Of a stretch of DNA of 45,090 bases, positions 41,797-45,090 are shown one piece after another. The notes under the pieces were generated by a model. That model had not been told where the DNA came from. It ran no database searches and saw nothing but the letters and a program-made list of their open reading frames with translations. Within the stretch, counting starts at the first letter, position 1. The number at the start of each line of letters is the position of its first letter. Source of the DNA: a virus (lineage: Duplodnaviria > Heunggongvirae > Uroviricota > Caudoviricetes). The position numbers and the translations under genes were made by a program. The stretch spans positions 1 to 45,090 of IMG/VR virus record IMGVR_UViG_3300022697_000186. One strand, written 5' to 3'.

Positions 41797-42243
41797 ATGA
41801 AATTAAAAGTTAAAATGGAATTAAAACCTAGAAAAATAGCTGTAAATAAATTAAAATATATAACACCTAAATGGTATGAATTTACAGAAGAGGTTAAACA
41901 TTATGGCCCAATGATAATGAATGAATTAAGATTAGCTATATATATTTGGAATACTCTAAGAATGAAATATGAAGAAGGAAAAAATAAGTTTAATAATAAC
42001 CGTTGGTCTTCAAGATGGATAGATAAAGATTATGAAGATAATCTATGGAAAAAAAGAACTAAATATTATCAAAAAATTACAGAAGCATCTCATACTATGA
42101 GTGACTTAACTTACTTTAATCCTCAAATGATAAACAGAAGAGGTAGAGTTGATAAACGAGACAATATAGAAAGAGGTTGGAGTCATACTTATATAAATAG
42201 AATTATATACATGAATAATAAAATTGATTTAACTAAATTTTGA
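41797..42243 (+). CDS. Hypothetical protein (M.LKVKMELK leader)
   Basis: RBS GGAG. Confidence 0.6.
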   Translation: MKLKVKMELKPRKIAVNKLKYITPKWYEFTEEVKHYGPMIMNELRLAIYIWNTLRMKYEEGKNKFNNNRWSSRWIDKDYEDNLWKKRTKYYQKITEASHTMSDLTYFNPQMINRRGRVDKRDNIERGWSHTYINRIIYMNNKIDLTKF

Positions 42244-42458
42244 TAAATAACAAATATAAACCATTGAATATATTAATTAGTAATATAATATATATTAATT
42301 AATATTGATAGCATACAACATGTTGATTTTACTAAAGTTATAGTTAGTAAAATTCTATTTTGAATATAGCTATAACGTTACACAAGATTGAATATTACGA
42401 ACAATATAGAGTTGTTTCTAACAACCTCTTAAAGTTCTTTTAAATATAAGGCGAAGTA

Positions 42459-42773
42459 ATGAAATTACAGATTAAATTTAACACTACAATTAGACATCCA
42501 TTTGGTACTTCTTGGATGGGTTATAAATGGTCTATACAAAATAGTATTACTAAATATAATATAAATAGAATGGAAGATATCCTATGTAGATTTTTATGTA
42601 AAAATCCAGAACATTGTATAGAAAAAGATTGTGAAGAATGTGAAGGTACTGGTGGTAATAATGCTGAATGTAAAGAATGTGAAGGTGGTGGTATGGATTT
42701 TGATTATATACCTCACTACTGTGACTATAAACCTAAATTAAATAATTTAATTAATATGTTATTTTTCAAATAA
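42459..42773 (+). CDS. Hypothetical protein with CxxCxGxG (DnaJ-type) zinc-finger repeats
   Basis: CEECEGTGG...CKECEGGG. Confidence 0.6.
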   Translation: MKLQIKFNTTIRHPFGTSWMGYKWSIQNSITKYNINRMEDILCRFLCKNPEHCIEKDCEECEGTGGNNAECKECEGGGMDFDYIPHYCDYKPKLNNLINMLFFK

Positions 42774-42781
42774 GGAAATTT

Positions 42782-43180
42782 ATGAAATTAGCTTCTAGAA
42801 TAAAATATAGGAAGAAAAGTAAATATCAACCTATACTTAGAAAAAAAATAAAATGGGAATCATATGAATATGATGAAGATGATCTTACTGTTTTACAATT
42901 TATAAGAAAACATTACTCTAAAATTAAAATACCTTACAATTTTATATATAATATAGCTGAAGATTGGTTTAATCATAAAATTTATAGTGATAATTCAAAT
43001 CCAAAATTTAAACAATATCGTTTCAAATGGGGGCAAGCCTCTGATTTTATAAGTAGAGGATTAGGATTTAAACCAGAGTATTATAACAATTATTTAAATC
43101 ATTTAAATTATTGGAGACATAGTACAATTAACAATTTAATAGTTAAAACGAATCTTGTTATACCATTAGAAGTTTTTTAA
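42782..43180 (+). CDS. Hypothetical protein
   Basis: RBS AAGGA. Confidence 0.55.
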   Translation: MKLASRIKYRKKSKYQPILRKKIKWESYEYDEDDLTVLQFIRKHYSKIKIPYNFIYNIAEDWFNHKIYSDNSNPKFKQYRFKWGQASDFISRGLGFKPEYYNNYLNHLNYWRHSTINNLIVKTNLVIPLEVF

Positions 43181-43211
43181 ATATAATAATTTAAATAAAC
43201 AAAGGATAATT

Positions 43212-43460
43212 ATGAAACTTGAATATTTTTCTCAACATGAAACAGTTGGTTATTTATGGTTTAAAAAATTTAAATGGCTTAGAGTAATACCAACTAAACA
43301 TAAGATGTGTGAATATTGTATGGATATTAATTGTGTGTTTCCTATATATGGTAAACTAGGTGTATATGATATGTATTTAATTAAACAATTTAGAAAAAGT
43401 ACTTTTTTAAATTTGTTTAATATAGATTGTGTTATAGATAAAGGAGAATTTAAAATATGA
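43212..43460 (+). CDS. Hypothetical protein
   Basis: RBS AAGGA. Confidence 0.5.
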   Translation: MKLEYFSQHETVGYLWFKKFKWLRVIPTKHKMCEYCMDINCVFPIYGKLGVYDMYLIKQFRKSTFLNLFNIDCVIDKGEFKI

Positions 43461-43948
43461 TCTGGTTTTCAGCTGATCATCATTTTGATCATAAAAATAT
43501 TATTAAATATTGTAAAAGACCATTTAGTGGTGTAGGCGAAATGGAAGTAGAACTTTTTAAAAGACATAATAAAGTAGTTAAAGAGGATGATACTGTTTAT
43601 TTTATTGGAGACTTTACGCTTAAACGTGAAGGCATGAGATACTCTTTACAAAATATTGTGACTAAATTAAATGGAAATATACATTTAATATTAGGTAATC
43701 ATGATCGTAATGATCCTTTCTTTTATCATGAAATAGGATTTAAATCTGTACATACAATATTAGAAGTTGAGGAATTTACATTAGTACATGATCCAGCTAT
43801 AGCTAATATGAATAGTAGTAAACCTTTTCTTGTAGGTCATATTCATAATATATTTAAGAAATCTAAAAACGCTCTTAATGTTGGTGTAGATGTATGGGAT
43901 TTTTATCCTATATCAATAGATCAAGTTAGAAAAGAATTTAAACAATGA
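43457..43948 (+). CDS. Calcineurin-like phosphoesterase (small phage type)
   Basis: FSADHHF.H.NII....RPF, YFIGDF, GNHD, HDP, GHIH, NVGVD. Confidence 0.88.
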   Translation: MIWFSADHHFDHKNIIKYCKRPFSGVGEMEVELFKRHNKVVKEDDTVYFIGDFTLKREGMRYSLQNIVTKLNGNIHLILGNHDRNDPFFYHEIGFKSVHTILEVEEFTLVHDPAIANMNSSKPFLVGHIHNIFKKSKNALNVGVDVWDFYPISIDQVRKEFKQ

Positions 43949-44235
43949 AACTTACTATACAATATTATGGTATATGTGTTAAACATCCAGAAACTAAAAA
44001 CAGAGAGTATACTTCTCCTTATTATAAAAATTATAATACATATCCATGTAATTATAATGGTTCAGATGTAATGCAGTTATATTTATCAATACCTTTTGAA
44101 ATATATGAAAAAAAAAGATTACGTAGAATGTCTGGTAATGGTATTAAAAATGTAGATTTTCAATCAGGTTGGCATTTAATAGATTATATAAATAAACAAA
44201 TGCAATCTAATATACTATGGAATTCATTTAAATGA
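43945..44235 (+). CDS. Hypothetical protein
   Basis: ATGA overlap. Confidence 0.5.
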   Translation: MKLTIQYYGICVKHPETKNREYTSPYYKNYNTYPCNYNGSDVMQLYLSIPFEIYEKKRLRRMSGNGIKNVDFQSGWHLIDYINKQMQSNILWNSFK

Positions 44236-44723
44236 GACTCTATATAATTCAAAATTTTAAACATAAAGTTAAAGAAGATAGAAATAGTTTTTGTTATTAT
44301 TCTGGAAGTCAAACAGTATCTAGACGAATATATTCAATAAAAAATATTTCTATAAAATTAGAATTTTTATGGTTTATATCAGACAATAATGAAATAAGAA
44401 CAATATGTAATGCTGAATCAGTTGCATCTACAATATCAACTATACATAATGAATATAAAACTAATACGAAATATGAACAATCATTAACAATGAATTATGG
44501 TAAAAATGTAATATTTCGTGATACATTAGTCTACAAAAGAATGCTAGAAATATTTCATATTTTAGAAAGATCTAAACATTCAAAATTTTCAAAATTTATG
44601 ACAACATTAAATCAAATAGACAAAAGAAAAAAAGAAAAAACTCCTTGGTTAAAACGAATTCAAGAATTTGATAATGTGACAAAATTACTATTAGGATTAT
44701 ATAATGCAAATAAAAATATTTAA
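44232..44723 (+). CDS. Hypothetical protein
   Basis: ATGA overlap. Confidence 0.55.
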   Translation: MRLYIIQNFKHKVKEDRNSFCYYSGSQTVSRRIYSIKNISIKLEFLWFISDNNEIRTICNAESVASTISTIHNEYKTNTKYEQSLTMNYGKNVIFRDTLVYKRMLEIFHILERSKHSKFSKFMTTLNQIDKRKKEKTPWLKRIQEFDNVTKLLLGLYNANKNI

Positions 44724-44997
44724 AAAATTTGGAGCAGGACTTTTTCAGATTAAAGACAATATATGGGGTCAAATAATAGTTGGTGATATTATAGATGATT
44801 ATAACTATGGTCCTATATATTGTGATGATTCATATGAAACTGTTAAAAAAACTATATGTAAGAAGTTATATAATGATTATAAGGAAATGAAAGAATTAGT
44901 ATCTGAAAAATATATGTGGGGATCAGATCAATATAGTTTACTTTATAAGATTGAAAATTCTAACGATATGTTTTTTAAAGTATTTTTAGATGACTGA
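44704..44997 (+). CDS. Hypothetical protein
   Basis: RBS AGGA. Confidence 0.55.
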   Translation: MQIKIFKKFGAGLFQIKDNIWGQIIVGDIIDDYNYGPIYCDDSYETVKKTICKKLYNDYKEMKELVSEKYMWGSDQYSLLYKIENSNDMFFKVFLDD

Positions 44998-45024
44998 TAT
45001 AATTATTAAAAGAGAGTAATAGTT

Positions 45025-45090
45025 ATGATAAAAATTAATTGTGAATTATGTTCCAATCGAGGTAGAATTGGATACCAAGAAAATTGGTGG
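45025..45090 (+). CDS. Hypothetical protein, 3' partial
   Basis: ATG after AGAGAG, open to window end. Confidence 0.4.
   Translation, partial: MIKINCELCSNRGRIGYQENWW

Noticed and set aside
42243-42458. AT-rich spacer with ATATATTAATTA duplication as a replication origin
   Set aside because: Low-complexity sequence in a very AT-rich genome; no iterons or replication genes nearby
1-45090. Amber (TAG) recoding of the genome
   Set aside because: Conserved enzymes are full length in code 11 and TAG ends genes at 1920, 2191, 6548, 6833, 11897 and 19023 without fragmenting recognisable domains

Overview
Very AT-rich 45-kb segment of a large (jumbo-type) dsDNA tailed phage genome, almost entirely + strand, infecting a Gram-negative and probably motile, low-oxygen host (inference). 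Order: end of a tail-fibre module; lysis cassette (M15 endolysin, holin, spanin-like genes) with an embedded hemerythrin; a ~28-kb tRNA region (24 tRNA genes, many non-canonical, one broken tRNA, a tmRNA) interspersed with host-takeover genes (CCA-adding enzyme, PTH2-like, Mesh1-like HD hydrolase, GroES, STAS, UDP-sugar dehydrogenase, NadM-Nudix + NAMPT NAD salvage, two HNH nucleases); then an array of short hypervariable ORFs. Most striking: (1) four structured Y-RNA-like elements with covarying stems, one carrying a circularly permuted tRNA, clustered around a 699-aa helical+TerD protein, a candidate Ro60/Y-RNA-like ribonucleoprotein system; (2) small proteins carrying host motility-signalling motifs (FliM-like and CheZ-like CheY-binding peptides, an MshEN c-di-GMP motif, a type IV prepilin leader); (3) a recurrent GGACAAA promoter-like motif. 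No rRNA, CRISPR array or integrase was seen. All protein family calls come from motif recognition by eye, not database searches.
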